The position numbers and the translations under genes were made by a program. From contig CDRNVI010000164.1 of assembly GCA_977017575.1 (NCBI GenBank), positions 372,001 to 436,000 on the forward strand: 64,000 nucleotides of DNA. The letters are read 5' to 3'. Of the stretch, positions 35,963 through 49,795 are shown piece by piece; within the stretch, counting starts at the first letter, position 1, and each line of letters starts with the position of its first letter. The notes under the pieces are model-generated. The model was not told the DNA's origin and did not search any database. It saw nothing but the letters and a program-made list of their open reading frames with translations. The DNA comes from Paramoeba atlantica. Its lineage: Eukaryota > Protista > Discosea.

Positions 35963-36111
35963 TCAACATTTTATATCTAAATTTGGTTAATTTTGGCTTT
36001 TGATAAAAAGTCTTTTACTCCCTTTTTTCAAGACTGTGTTTTGCGTTTTTCGTGTTTCTTTTTTTGGGGAACAGGCACTTTTTTCTTTTCTTTTGGTGAG
36101 TCTCTTTCTTG

Positions 36112-39100
36112 ATGGCTCTCTTGGGTGTGGCCAAGTTCGATTTTGAGGGGTCTAAGGATCGAGAACTTTCTTTTAAGGCTGGAGATTCGATTGAAATTCT
36201 CAAACAATCCGACAAAGGTAATTTTTGGTGCATTTTTCTGATCCGTTTTTCGTTTTAAAGGTGGGGTGGTTTGACAAAATGTCGATTAGGTTGGACTCGG
36301 GGAAGTCTAAAGGGAAAGAAAGGATGGTTCCCAACAGACTATGTTGAGATAAAAAGTAATCCCGCCCAAGATCGACCTCAAGTTCCTCAAGTTCCTCCAG
36401 CGACCCGCCCAGACCGCCCAGATCGCTCAGAAAGGCGGTCAACAAGAACAACGACAACAACCCAGAGAAAGAGTTCAGAAACTGCTGAAGAAGAAGAAAA
36501 TGGAGGAGAAGACTCAAAAGAAAAGAAAAAGAAAAAAGGTTCTTTGATTTTTCATTTCATGTTTTTTTTTTCAAAAATTCTTACACTTGTTTTTGTAGCA
36601 GAGACAGGAAAATCAAAAAGATTTTTTGGAAGGAAGAAGACTCAACTTACATTAGAGAGTTCGAGCGCTACTTCTGCCTCTTCCTTTGAACCCACCAATT
36701 GCTCTCTTCCTGGTCTTTACTTTTCTCTCTTTCTTTCTCTATCCCTCATTTTTGTCCTCTCTCGTTTGTCCTCTCGTTTGTCCTAATCATTTTTACGACA
36801 ACAGAACCATCAGATCAAACGAGTTTGGTGACAGATTATTTTGCATATAAAACAGAAGAAAGAGTCCACCCTTATTCTCATGAAATTGAGAAACATCGAC
36901 CTTTTCTCACAACAAAATTTTGTGAGCAAACTGCGACTTCGTCTGTTGTGATGGATTCCCTTTTCCTTCAAATCGAAAGTCTTTTGTCTCTCTTGCTCGA
37001 GAACCAGGTTCTTTCTCCTTTCTTGATAGAATCATTTTTTCTCTTAAAAAAACTTTTCTTTCTAATTTTTTCTTTTTCAATTAGAGTGATACAAAGCAGG
37101 GTACAATGCCAGTTGGTTTTTCTATTGAAGATTCGAGAAGAACACTTGAACTCCTCCAGGGATGTGTGGTTGAATGGAGTAAATATAATTTGCAACAATT
37201 TGCAATTTGGTATTCTTGTTTTCTATCACTCTTTTAAATGCTTCTCTGTTATTCATCTTTTCCCTCTCTCTCTCATCCTTTCTCTTTTATTTTGTTGACA
37301 ATTTTTTTTATTTAAAAGGTGTGGTGGGGCAATTCGGGTTTACATTGAAAAAAGCCCAGCAAAAAAACAATCAAAAGATCCTCCGTCTTTTAATGACATC
37401 ACAACTTCTGACTTTGTTCAAAATGATCTCCCAGAATACTTTTTAATCAACACACTTGTGATGACTTTAAACGGTGCAATGGAACTTGGGGAAAAAGGAC
37501 AAAAGCAATTCAGCGAGATCCCTTGGCGTGTTATCGAGCTTCTGTTTGAATCAATTAAACATCAAAATCCTTCACCTATTCGGGAGAAGGCAACAGAGTG
37601 TCTTTCTGTTTTAAGTCTAACCTTCTTGAAAAAGATTGTTTCGCTCTATATTGGGAAGTTTGCTAGCGCAAAGAATGAAACTTCTTTTCGAGAAAGTGTT
37701 ACCTATTTGATATCAGCTGGGTATCTTGAATATGGGTTTGGATCAGACATAGCAGCCAACAGTACAATTGAATTCTTGGAATCAATGACACAATTTATGA
37801 CCAAAGAAAAAGGTGATGTGAGCGTGGTGCGTTATGCAATGTGTTTGTGCCTGTACTCCTTTTTTCTTCGCCTTGCTGGGGATTTAATTACTGCTTCTTC
37901 TTTCTCCTCGGATTCTCCATCTTCTTTATCCGCCCCTTCCCCTTCTCCTTCTTCTTCCTCATCTTCTGCTTCTTTGTCTTCCGCTCCCATTTTAACGACC
38001 GGAACAAAAGCAACTAGTTTTGGAGCACATACATTTTTTACAGAAGATGATTCTTTATCTGCAACTGCTTCTTTTCCTCTACCAATTCCTTCTTATGCCA
38101 AACCCATCTTTTTTGAACAAAATTCCTATATTTCCGTTTCAAACAAGTTTCAAACTCTCCTCAAAACCGTCTTTGAGACCGTTCGCAAATGGTTAAAAAA
38201 GCCTCGACTTCGTCTTCCATGCTTAGCTGTGATGGGGATCCTTTGTCGAGTTGGGTCACCTGATTTCGTTCGAGCGCACGGGAAGTTGTTCCTTGAAGCA
38301 ATCAATGGTTGCAATAAGGAAAAAGAGTTGTGGGTAAAATGTCTTGGTCTGTTAGTTCCTTACTTTGGATCTTATCCAAGTGAATTGATGGATAGTTTCG
38401 TGGAACAAGTTGGATTTGTCTCGTCTTCCTTCTTTCACAAAAAAGCCAACCTCTCTCATCTCGAAAACTTGCAATTAAGTCAACTTATTTCTGTCATTGC
38501 CAACAAGAAAGGCTCTATTTTGACAGAATTACCACTCTTTGAAGCGGTCCTAACATCAAACGATTACACTACATCTCAGAAAGGGGTAATGTACCAAGTA
38601 TTTGGAGGTCTCTTGACTCGTTTGACTCTGCAGGTCATTCATTATTTTTTATGTCTCTTTGTGAAAATTGATTTTCAAGAAATTGAAGATGAAGATTCAT
38701 TGATTTTTTCTTTTTTTCTTTCTTCTTCTGATCTTTTCTCTCTCCTTAGGAAAGAGAGCCAATCTACCAAAGCTCGCAGACTTTCCAACGTTACGTTTCA
38801 TCACAATATTCTGATGAGGCCGCAAAACCTCCAAAAGATCAAATTCTTGCTCCGATTCTGGGTGATCCACTAGCCTCACTTAAAGCTGAACATACATCTT
38901 GCGCAACTTACTTGTTGCAATGTTTCCCAGATTTGTGTCCTCCTCATCTTCAAGAAGCGTTCTTGTCCCAATATATCTCTCTATTTTGGAGAACGGACAT
39001 TCTTTGTGAAGAATTGATTCGTTGTTGCACACGGTACTTTCTTGCAAATCCGCAAGAAAATTTACCCAGTCTACTTCTTATTTTTGTCGATAAGATTCTC

Positions 39101-42100
39101 CAGACCGCAATCCCTGCTAAATCTGAAGATATTGTTCGATTACTATCCAATTTCTGTGTGATTCTTGAAGAGGGAAAGAAGGGACCTTCGTGGGAAGGGA
39201 AAAAGTTGATTGAGGGTCAAAAATGGGTTCAAGCGAGGACCTCTTTTGACGGAGTAGGGCTTTGTTTCCTTGTTCATGATGTGCCACAGGTTTGGATTGC
39301 CATCCGAAATACTGCTCAATTGTTAGGAACGGTTGGGAACTGCGATGGTGAGAGCTTGTTGACTCTTTTTTCAACGGCAAGAGAGCGGCTGATTGAAAAG
39401 AAAGGTTATTTAATTCCAAAGATGGGATGGCTGGGTCTTGTTTTTTTGTTTTTTGATCCGAAATCTGGGAAAAGAACCTCGAGTTACAATCAACTGATTC
39501 CAGCTGCTTGGAAGTATCTTCAATCAAGGATCGCTCCTCCAACTTCGTCTCTTTGGCCAAACCATGTTCGATTTCTGTCATTTTCATTTTCAGAAGAGTT
39601 TATTCCTCATCATACAATCTTTGCAAGTCAACTGGTGAGTCAGTTATGGAATCCTTCTTCTCCTGCTACTTGTGAGGTTGTATTAGAACTTCGAGAAACT
39701 TTGTCTTTTCCAATTCGACCTCTCTGTTTGGAGTGTTTATCTTCTGAAAGAGAGGAGAGAGGAAAGAAGAAAAAGTCAAAGGGCCGGGATGAATTATATT
39801 TACAAGCGGAAGTGATTTCGTTTTTGTTGTCGTTAAGTCAAAAACTTCCAGTCGTGATGTTTTCGTCAAATCAGAATGTCCGCTCATGTTATCAAACAGT
39901 TTTGGAAGTCTTTTTAGGAGATGAGATGAAATTAGATCGGTATTCTGTGGAGGACAAAATTGCGATTTCAGACTTAATCCATAATATTCTCTTACTCCAA
40001 GGGTTCGCACAAGAAACGATTGATAAGTCAAACTTCCCTTTCCTTTCATCTCCACAGGAGACAATGCGAGTGTTCCATTTTCTTGCATCGATTTTTTGGT
40101 CCAAAGATTCAGCAAAAGCCTCTTCGAGCCTCCCCGCCTCTCCCTCTTCTATTTCCCTCTCCTCAGAACAAGATCTGCCAACAGAAACACCTATTCTCTT
40201 TACATCTTCTGCAACTTCAGTATTTTCTTCGTTTTCCTCATTACCCTTACCTTCGCCAGTTTCTTCTCCAACTTCAAATCATCTCTCCAAAAGACAAACA
40301 CTCGATATCTCTGTTGTTCGAAGCGTGGCCGTCCTTCTTGAGCATGGTGTATTTCTCCAAGATCAATACCACACTATTCAAAGCTTTTTGATGAATGGGC
40401 TTTCAGTTGGTGAACATCTCCAAGAACATGTTGCTGAGGGAATGACAGAAATGCTCCACAAAGGCAAATACATGCTCCAACCTCTGATTTTCAATACTTT
40501 TAAGGGAGATCACGCAATTTCTCTTGCCTGTTTAGATTCTATTACGAGAAACTTTGATCGATATCTTTTGGACTGGATGAGTTCTTGTTCTCTTGAAGTT
40601 ATTTTGGCTGTTGGGCTCTGCCACCTTTGTTCTCCCCAACCAAGTGCACGATCTTTTGCGACAAGGATTCTAAATGCTCTTGCTTCAATGGATGACCGAT
40701 TGGATAGTGGAACTCTTCTCCCTGATACTGCCCCAATGACGATCAATACCTATATGGCAGTTCCCCTTCGATATTCTGCGGAAATAGCAAAGAAAAATAG
40801 AGCGATGGCATCTGTATTGTTTCGGACAATTCTTGGTCATTTAGCGCATTTGCCTGACGATTATTGTCGTCCGATATTGTCTGTTCTGCAACCGTGGTGT
40901 TTTCATCTTCCTCATCTGATTCAATCAGCAAATGTGATCGAAGCTGTGAATATGATTGATGATATGTTCGCCTTATCAAAAAGATTCATGTCGAAGTTTC
41001 CTGAGTTGATGAATGGGATATGGATTTCGGCGACTGCGAATCTTGGAGGATCTCTCACAATTGAAGATATTAAAGTTGCAGTTTCCATGTGTGTTGACAC
41101 GGTCTTGAGTCGATACACTGAGAGTGGGGAAGATACGTTCCCAAATTGGATCAGTAGTGAAGCAAATCCAACCATGGAGTTATGTCATTTAATTATTGGA
41201 TCACTCAGTTCAAGTAACAACGCTCCCTTGTTACTCTCCATCCTCACTGTACCTCTTAAATCTGTTAAGGTGGATCTCCAAGGGCAAATGGATCGCTTGT
41301 TGGTTGAATTAATCGAAGAAACTCTTCCAGTTTTCGCAACTCCCTCTTCTTTTTCGACTCTTCCAAAAGAATCAGAGCAGAAGAACCTTCCTCTTCCTAC
41401 TACGCCCGGCTCAGCAAAATCAACGAAAGGATCCAAAAAAGGACACGAAAAGACACCAGGATCAAAAGTTAGGAAAAGGGCTCCTTCAACTGAGAAAACC
41501 AGACAATCAGCAGCGAAAATTGTGGTCAAAGAAGAAGAAGGGGATGGAGTCCAGATACAACAGACTTTCCCTTCCTTGTCCCTCCATCCCGAAAAGTTCG
41601 TGGGTCTCCCTGCTCCGTCTTTGGATGATAGTGTTCTACCTTTCACTCCTCGTCAAATGGCTGCCTTTGCATTGTGCGCTGACGTTGCTTTAAATTCAGA
41701 AAGAAATTCTCTTGCTGAGCATCTCCCAATTATGCTACAATTTGGATACACATTTTTTCGTCACACAGACCAATTCGCTTCTCTTTTAAAGAACACTATC
41801 CGGGGGATTGGGTGTCATGAGGCAGGGAAACTTGATTTGGTTGGGCAACTTCTTCGTACCAAGTCAATGACCTCACCAAGTTTTATTAAAGAGCTGTGTA
41901 GTCTTTTGAGAGCTCTTGACCCGTCAATTCCGACTCGATGGGCAATTTTGGCTTTGGATTATTGCTTTCAGGACATTCCACGATGGGTTCGGTTTGATTG
42001 CTTGCAACTTTTCGCCTTGCTAAATGATGATTTTTCTCTTGACCCTCTTCAGAAAGTGGGATTTTTAACTTTTGGATCGCTTTTCACCAACAATGAGCAG

Positions 42101-43387
42101 AGCTTTGAATACATGTGTGATGTTCTTGATTTGTTGATTGTACATATTTCCAAAATGCCAAGGCCCTCTGCGAGTTATCTTGTGTTTCTTGTGACTACAC
42201 TTCTTTCGACAGGTGTTATTTCTCGTTACAATCGAGCGCTTGGATCAATTATGAGTGCTCTTGCGCGAGAAAATGTGTATGATTCAAGTAAACCTCTTCG
42301 TTTAGACTCTCTTGGGGAGGAATTAGTAAAGACAATCACTGGCGCTTGGCGGTCTGAAAAAGAATTATGTGTTATGCTAGTAAAAGGGATCGCAAATGTT
42401 TCGACTTTCCCAAAGACAATGCAGTTATTAACCTTTATTGGACGACTTTGCGCAATTCGAATCCCTGTCACTTCGTTACCACCAAACCACCCAGATGTAC
42501 CTTATTCTGTTCTTCTCTTGTTATTATCTCGCATTATTCAAGCTTCTCGTGGCTTCGAAGGTCATGGGGAGCTCGCAGCAGTCTTTGAGGATCCAGTCTC
42601 AGTTGCAAGTCCAATCTTGCTTGGTTTTCGAGAAGGAAACTTGCTGGAATTACTTCCTAGTTATGAGATGAAACCTCGTGCTGAATTGATCAGACGATTT
42701 TCGGAGTGTTATGTGAAGGCTTTTCCGACTTCCTTATGCTTTCAGTTCTCTGTTGAGGTGTTGCTGACACTTTTGAGACTCTCACCTGACGAAGAAGAGT
42801 GTGTTTTGATATTTCAGTTGCTTGATTATCTCATTTTGATGTACAACAGAGCGGGTATTGCTTTATTAAATCGAGGAGAGTTAGTGGAAGTGGTTGTTTT
42901 TTACATTCAGTGTGATATCCCCCAAATCAAAGAGATTACCACACGCTTGTTTTCCTATGTTGTGTCTATTTTACCATTTAGTGCGCTTGGTCAAGAAGAA
43001 GGCAAAAAAGCTGGTGAGGAGAAGGCGAAAACAACATTTTTCAACTTGATTCGGAAGCTTCCTTCTGATCCCTTCTACGAATCCGATTCAGGATTGTTTC
43101 GTGGTGAAGATCCAACGACTCTTTCGCTTCATACCTACCGTTGTTTGGTCCAAATGATGTGTCGATTATTCAATCTTAATCCAACATCAAAAACAGCATC
43201 TTTGTTATTAACTGGGTTTTCTCAGATAACAAAAGAAGAACTCAAAAAGAATGTGGAAAGTCTTCGAACGGCACCAGGATGGTGGTTCCCTGATATTGAA
43301 GGGGGAAATTCTTCTGATGGCTCTTCGGGCGGTGCTCAAGTTCCTCCAAGAAGAAAGTCTCGTTTTATGAAGGATGAGAGAAGATAG
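36112..43387 (+). CDS. Large HEAT/ARM protein, Furry/Tao3/Mor2-like, with an N-terminal SH3 domain
   Basis: Exons 1-2 give MALLGVAKFDFEGSKDRELSFKAGDSIEILKQSDKGWTRGSLKGKKGWFPTDYVE (clear SH3). The long helical exons have Furry-like segments (QCFPDLCP, DGVGLCFLVHD, LCHLCSP..RSFATRIL, VLQPWCFHL); the Furry assignment is less certain. Confidence 0.7.
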
Positions 43388-43653
43388 ATAGAAAAATGTC
43401 TTGTTTGATTGAGGTTGAACATATTTTATTTATCGAAAAAAACCCCCAACATTTTCGAAAAATGAAAAAAAAAAATGGTTCAAGTGAATCTGGTGAATTT
43501 TGTTTGTCTGATAATTCAAAAACACATCCTCCACACACACATACACTTGCTCAAGAAAGAATCCATTTTTTTTTGGTTCCTCTCATTCCCACATTCCTCA
43601 ACAATTTGGAAAAGAAGAAAGTTTGTTTCTTTTTCTCGAAAAAGAATGTCATT

Positions 43654-45210
43654 CTACCAAATTCTCCAAAATGAAGCCCAAAATTCTCCAGAAGGACGCA
43701 TTTTGTCAGCCTGGAGAAAATCAATTTTAAAAAAAGAAGAAAAAAGGAGAGAAAAGAAATTTACCTTTGATTGTCGTTCTGTGAAAGTTAAAACAGTCTT
43801 TTTGTCTGAAATATTTTTTGGTGTTATTCAAGAAAGAAATTGAAAAGAAAAAATTTAAAAAATGACCTTGAAAATAAATAATTTCACATCGACAAAGCGG
43901 TCCAACTAACAAAAAAAATGAGGATAAGTTAAACAAAAAGAATAACAAAAAAAATAAACAAAAAAAAGAAACAAAAAAAAAGAAACAAAAAATAAATAAA
44001 AGAAAGATAATAAACTGATTTGTTCACCAAAAAAATCGATTACTTTTTTTCTGGAGAAGTCTTCTTGTGGAGTGTCTGGTCTGTTCACTTTTTTTCCATT
44101 TTTTTTTAAAAAATAAGTCAACAAAATGAGTTTGGTTATTTTGTTTTTTCTTTTTCTTTCTTTCTTTCTTTCTTTTTAGTTTTTTCTTTTGTGGATGTGT
44201 GGGATATCTTGGGATGACACATAAACAAAATAAATAAATAATAAAATCAAAACAAAAAGAAAGAAAGAGAAAGACCAAGATAATCAGAATAAAAAGGACT
44301 TTCGAAATATCGAGGAAGAGAATCACGAATCAAATTACTCATAACTTGTTTCTTTGCTTGAGAAAAGATATTTGGACCTGAAAAAGAGAGAGAGAGAGAG
44401 AGAGTGAGAGAGAGAGGAAAGAGAGAGAGAGGAAAGAGATGGGAGGAAGAGAGAGGAAAGAGAGGGGGGGAAGAGAGAGAGGAAAGAAATGGAGAGGGGA
44501 GAGAGAGAGAGGTAAAAGGGAAGAGAGGGAGGGAAGAGAGGGAGGGAAGAGAGCCCAGGAGAAAGAAGATAGGAAAAAAGAGAAGAGAAGAGAGAGAAAG
44601 AGAAGAGAAGAGAGAAAAGAGAGAAGAGAAGAGAGAAAAGAGAGAAGAGAACTTGGTGGATTTTGGGAGTTTTGAATTTGAGAAAAACAAGAGGCAGAAA
44701 CATTGATTGCTTTTTCTGATGTTTCTGAAAAATATAATTTCACTTTAAAAGAGAATTTGTTTAGTGTGAGAAGAGAGAGAAGAAGAAGGAGAAAAGAGAG
44801 AAAAAGAAAAGAGAGAAAAAAAAAGAGAAAAAAGCAGAAAAGAAAAAAAAGAAAAAAGTAAACCAATTTCTTGAAAAGAAACATTTCTCTCAACAGGATC
44901 AGAAATGAGTTGATAATCATTTACAACAAGATAAAAATCAATTAATTCAATGGAAAGACAACTTTCCATAAATTTTCGAAAAGAAAGAAGAAGTAACTTT
45001 TTTTTGAAAAAAGGAAAATGGTTTGATCAGTTTTTTGGAGAGAAAGAAGAAGAGAAAGAAGAAGAGAGAAAGAGAGAAAGAAGAGAAAGAGAGAAAGAGA
45101 GGAGAAAGAAAAAAGAAAGAAAGAAAGAAAAAAACCTGATCAGAAACAATAGAAGACAAAGAAGGGTGAAAGAAAAGAGTCCAACTTTTTCTTTCTTTTT
45201 CTTCCTCCAT
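43654..45210 (-). CDS. RGS-domain protein, small exons, boundaries uncertain
   Basis: Exons give SLSSIVSDQ, SFRKFMESCLS, IDFYLVVNDY, LYFSETSEKAINVS, IFSQAKKQVMSNLIRDSLPRYFESPFY, in the order of the RGS consensus. Confidence 0.7.
44387..44650. repeat. Polypurine/polypyrimidine (GA-rich) tract forming an intron of the RGS gene
   Basis: About 260 nt made almost only of G and A on the plus strand. Confidence 0.85.
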
Positions 45211-45591
45211 CAAAAAAAAGATTTTCTTCTCAAAGAGAGAAAGAGAGGAGAAAGAGAAAGAAAGAGAAAGAGAAAGAAAAAAACAATTCTCATTTCAAAA
45301 ACATTCGAAATCCCCAAAAACAAACAAATTTCATCGACAATTTCCTTATTTCGAAAAATAAGCATGATTTTGAATTTCCAGTAACGGGCACAAAAATATC
45401 AAATTGTGCTCATTCTCTCTCATTTTTACTCCTCACTGACTGAATTTGTCTTTCTCTGAGACAAATTTCTCGAGACCACAAGTTTCTGAAAAATCGACCA
45501 CCCAAAACCAAAAAATGAGAAAGAAAATGAGTCGCTAAATTTAGAGATCTATTTCTTTCTTTCTTTTTCGGCTTTTTCGCTTTTGGAGAAA

Positions 45592-47229
45592 ATGAGCAAG
45601 TTTGTTGTTTGTCTTTTTCTTCCCCTTTCTCTTCTTTTTTTTCAAAGACTTTTGAGGATTGATTTGGATTTTTTTTTTAGTATCAAGACCTTTTCTGATT
45701 TGTCAAAGGGTGATGATGACCGCCCGAACCAAGAATATTATGTAGGTGGTTCGTCGAGGTCTTCTCATTTCCCCTTTCCTTTTCATTTTTCAAGAATTTT
45801 TGACTTAATTCTTTTTTCCACAGTGGAAGTGTTGTGAGCGACCCACAAGTAAGATTTTCTTTGTTTCTTTTCTTTTTTCTTTTTGCTTTTGTTTTTCTAA
45901 ACCGAATTGTTCAGGGGATGAGAGAAGAGATGATTCAAGCAGCAAGGCAATCAGCCGATCATCAAGCAAGACAAGCAGCCTCTGTGAACGATGGATGGGG
46001 ATCAGGTCTCTCTCTCTCTCTCTCTCTTTCCTTTCTCTTTCCTTTCTCTCTTTTTCATAAAACGAAATTGTTCTGTTGATATGGGAGATGATAGGCCATC
46101 AAGTTGGAGCACTGATGGAAGGAGCGCCTCATCACCAACAAAAGGTTTTTGTTTATTTCGAAAAAAAAAGAAATGAACAAGTTAAAATCTTTTTATTTTT
46201 GAGAAAAAAAATATTAAAATTTTGTTATAAAAAAAACAGGAAGTTCCAAAAGTGGTTATTACTCTTTATTTGAATGGATTTACTATTGATGATGGTCTCT
46301 TTTTTCTCTCTCTCTCTCCCTTCTTCTCTCTGTTTTTGATTCATTTTGTCTGGATAGGGGAGTTCCGGCCATTCGAAAATAATCCTCAAAATAGACACTT
46401 TATTGATTGTCTGAAGAGAGGGTTTCTATTTCATTCATTTTGAAAAAAGAATGATCGATCAATTCACAGTATTTTTTCTTTTCAAAATAGAGAGATTCCT
46501 CCTGAACTGGCCCAACAAGGGAGAGAAATTTCTGTTGATGTTCTTTTTTTCTTTCTTTCTTTCTTTTCTTTTAATTGACCGAAAAAATTAACACTCACCC
46601 CCCCCTTAGTTTATTGTAAAAAATACTGAATACACAGAACCAGTCAAACCACCCTCACGAACAAAATTTGCTTCTTCTTTTTCAGTTGCTCCATCTTCTT
46701 CTTCTTCTTCTTCTTCTTCCTCATCACCCTCATCTGATCTCTCTTCAATTAAAAAAGGTCAACTTTTCTTTGACATTATCTTTTAAAAACATTATGTTTT
46801 TACTGAGCTCTATTCTAATTTTTGTGCTCAGAAATTGTGATAAACGAAAAAGAAAAGGTCACACAGATTCAGGTTCGACTTGTGAATGGAAAAAAGGCAA
46901 CCTTCCGAGCCAATTTAACTCACACAGTGGGCGATCTCTACTATTTTGCACAACAGTAATCCTCTTTTACCTTCCACTTTTGAATTCCATTTATTTTTTA
47001 AAACGTTCTTTTCTTCCTCTCATTATTCTCTTCAACAGACAAAATAATATTCCATCATTTCTGTTATTTACACCCATGCCCAGAAAGGAACTTCTTGACA
47101 AGTTTGTTTTCTTTTTTCGTTGAGATTCCTTTGGGATTAACTCCATTAATATTCATTTCTTCAAATAGATCTCAAACACTAGGGGATGCAGGTCTCATCA
47201 ATTGTGTTGTGATTCAATCGAAGACATAA
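45592..47229 (+). CDS. p47/NSFL1C-like SEP-UBX domain protein (p97 cofactor)
   Basis: MSNIKTFSDL..QEYYVGG, ITLYLNGFTIDDG, HFIDCLKRGEIPPEL, TQIQVRLVNG, FTPMPRKEL, TLGDAGLINCVVIQ*. Confidence 0.85.
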
Positions 47230-47661
47230 GACAGACACATGAGTCTGGTGAATTCAACAATTTTGTTGAAAAATACACTGCCCACCAAACAAGAACAAAA
47301 GAAATAAAAGAAATAAAATAAACCCTTTTTTTTGATGACTCTTTGTCAAAGTCTTTTTGGTTTGAGAAGAAAACAGGAGGAAGAAGAATAAAACAAGAAA
47401 AGTTTTTTTCAATAAGTTTTTCTTTTGACATGTTGGGGCATTTGCTTTCAACAAGGCTCTCTCAATCTGAACTTCAAAACAAATGTTGGTATGTGTGCTA
47501 TTCAACCATGTGCAGGGATTACACTACTGCTCAAGCTCATCTGATTGTCCCCACTTCCAATTGTTGTTCATCTTGTGGTGTTTGTTTGACCACAATGTGT
47601 TCAGAATCATGTTTTTTTTGTGGAAAAAAAGAAAATATTAAACAATGTTCACTTGTATTGT

Positions 47662-49795
47662 TTATTTCCACAATTGAACTGAATTTTGATCTTGTTCTGA
47701 AACCAAAATTGAACCAGATGAATGAACAAAAATCCCAAAAGGTTTCTTCATCTTCCCAAAAGAAAAAAGAAAAGTTCCATCTTTCTCAAACACACTCACT
47801 CTCCCATTTCCATATTCAACAACAATAATTCGACCATTCCCATCAACATCAACACCTGTTGGATTACTCAATTGAGAATCTTTTGATCCTCTTTCTCCAA
47901 AAGTTCGAATAAAATTTCCTTCAATTCCCATCACTTGAATTCGATTATTCCAAGTATCTGAAATAACAAGATTACCATCTCCATCAACTACCACACAATA
48001 AGGATGGGCAAATTGACCTTCAGAAGAACCACGAGTCCCAAAACATCGAATAAAACATCCATCATAACTAAACACTTGGATTCGATGATTCAGACTGTCA
48101 GCAACAATAATTCTACCTTCTTCATCAACATCAATCCCACACGGTTTGTTGAATTGACCAGGTTGAGAACCTTTACATCCAAATGATCTTATCAAACAAC
48201 CTTCTTTGTTCAACACCATCACTTTCAATTCTACTTGGTTGAGACATACAATCTCATCATTCAACCCAATTGCAACATCAAGAAAAGCTCCATCACCAAC
48301 TTTGAGAGTTTGAATCAAAGATCCTTCTTTGTTTCTAACTCTCAACTTCCTTTCATCATGACCAACAATAAAGTTACCATCAATGTTCTCAACAATTCCC
48401 CAAGGTTTTTCATCACAACAAAATGAAGAAATAAAGTGAACTCCATCACCAATCACTCCTTTCTTTTTTCGATTCGAAAACGAAACATCAAGTTCATCAA
48501 TAAGATCATTCGCAATTTGAAGAAAAGTTGAAAAGAGATCTTCATCGAAAATAGAATCAGTTGTTGGAGTTTGAGACAATCTAAGAATTGTATCACACCT
48601 CATTCTCAAATCAACTTTCTCTAAATCTAAATCTTTCTTCATCACTTTCTTGTTCATTAATTTCTCTTCTAATTCTTGAATCTCTTGTTCTACTTTTCTT
48701 GTTTTCTTTTCAACAAACTCCAATCTCTTCTCCAATCCAACTCCAATCTTCAAAATCTCATTCCTCTTTCTCAAAACACTCTTTTCTAACGAAAAAACAT
48801 TCTGTCGATGTTCATCGTGAACCCCAAGAGCGCAATTCAGACAAACAAAAAGAGAACACTCAAAACAAAACCCACTCAAATTCTCAGATGGGTGAGTTAA
48901 ACAGTGTTTCTTTTTCAAACTTTCTAATCCTTCATCATTCTCATGTTGTTGGTTTCTTCCTTGTTGTTGTTGTTGGTTTTGTTGGTTTTCGCGTTTGTGG
49001 TTTCGAGAGAAAGGATTGGAGGAATGAGATTGTTCACAAGAATCACAAATGAAAACTTTACAGTCAGAACAATACATTGAAGTTCGTTCTCCACAGCTTT
49101 CGAAATTCGCACATTCTTTTGTTTCATCTGTTTACTTTGTTAATTAAGAGGTATTTTCTTTGTGTTTGTGTTTGTTAGTGGGATAATTGTTTTGTGGTGG
49201 GTGGGTGAGTGTGAGGTGAATTGTTTCATTTGAAAATACACAAGAAAAAAAAAAGAAAAAGAAAAAAACATGGAGTTGGAGGAATACAGAAAGAAGGAAT
49301 CTTTGAAGATTCAATCATATCAATCGTTTCAGGAATTAAAGAATTCGGATCAAATGATTCAATTGTTGCAAATCCTCCTTCTACTTTAATCTCTTTTCGA
49401 CAAACTGGACAACATCTCTTCTTCTTCTCACCATCACTCAAACAACTTGAACAAGAAGAAGAAGAACAAGAAGAAGAAGAAGCTTGAACTTGAAGAGGAG
49501 AAAGAAAAGGTTTAGAACTCCCACTCTCAGAAGTTGAAGTTGAAGTTTGTTGAGAGGAGAAGAAGAGTTTGTTGAGGCAATCAGAGCAAAAAGAGTGGCC
49601 ACAAGGTAACGATCTCGGTTCTCTTTCCCATCTCATCATTTCAAAACAAATCAAACATCGAAATCCTCCACTTTCTCCGCTTTCTTTACTTTCTATTTCT
49701 TCTTCTTCTCTTTTTCCCTTTTCAATTTCCTTTTCTTCCTTCTTTCCCTCTCTCTCTCCCTTTTTCTCTTCCTTCTTTTCTGATTTCTTCGTCAT
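47662..49795 (-). CDS. TRIM-NHL protein (RING, two B-boxes, coiled coil, NHL propeller), copy 1, 2 exons
   Basis: CLICFE..LPCGHSFCSDCL..CPVCR; CANFESC..YCSDCKVFICDSC..H..H; CLTH..FCFECSLFVCLNC..H..H; repeated GQF..P.G..VD..G.I.V.D..N.RIQ. Confidence 0.92.

Noticed and set aside
43396-45384. Many Lys/Arg/Glu- or Phe/Leu/Ser-rich ORFs in the track here and around 18900-19480, 23110-23700, 26015-26770 and 55550-56430
   Set aside because: They are translations of A/G- and T/C-rich introns and intergenic tracts, not proteins.
47230-47650. Possible snoRNA or SECIS in the spacer between UBX and TRIM-NHL
   Set aside because: CTGA and a weak terminal stem are present, but there is no C box or valid SECIS core, and indels between the two duplicated copies disrupt it.
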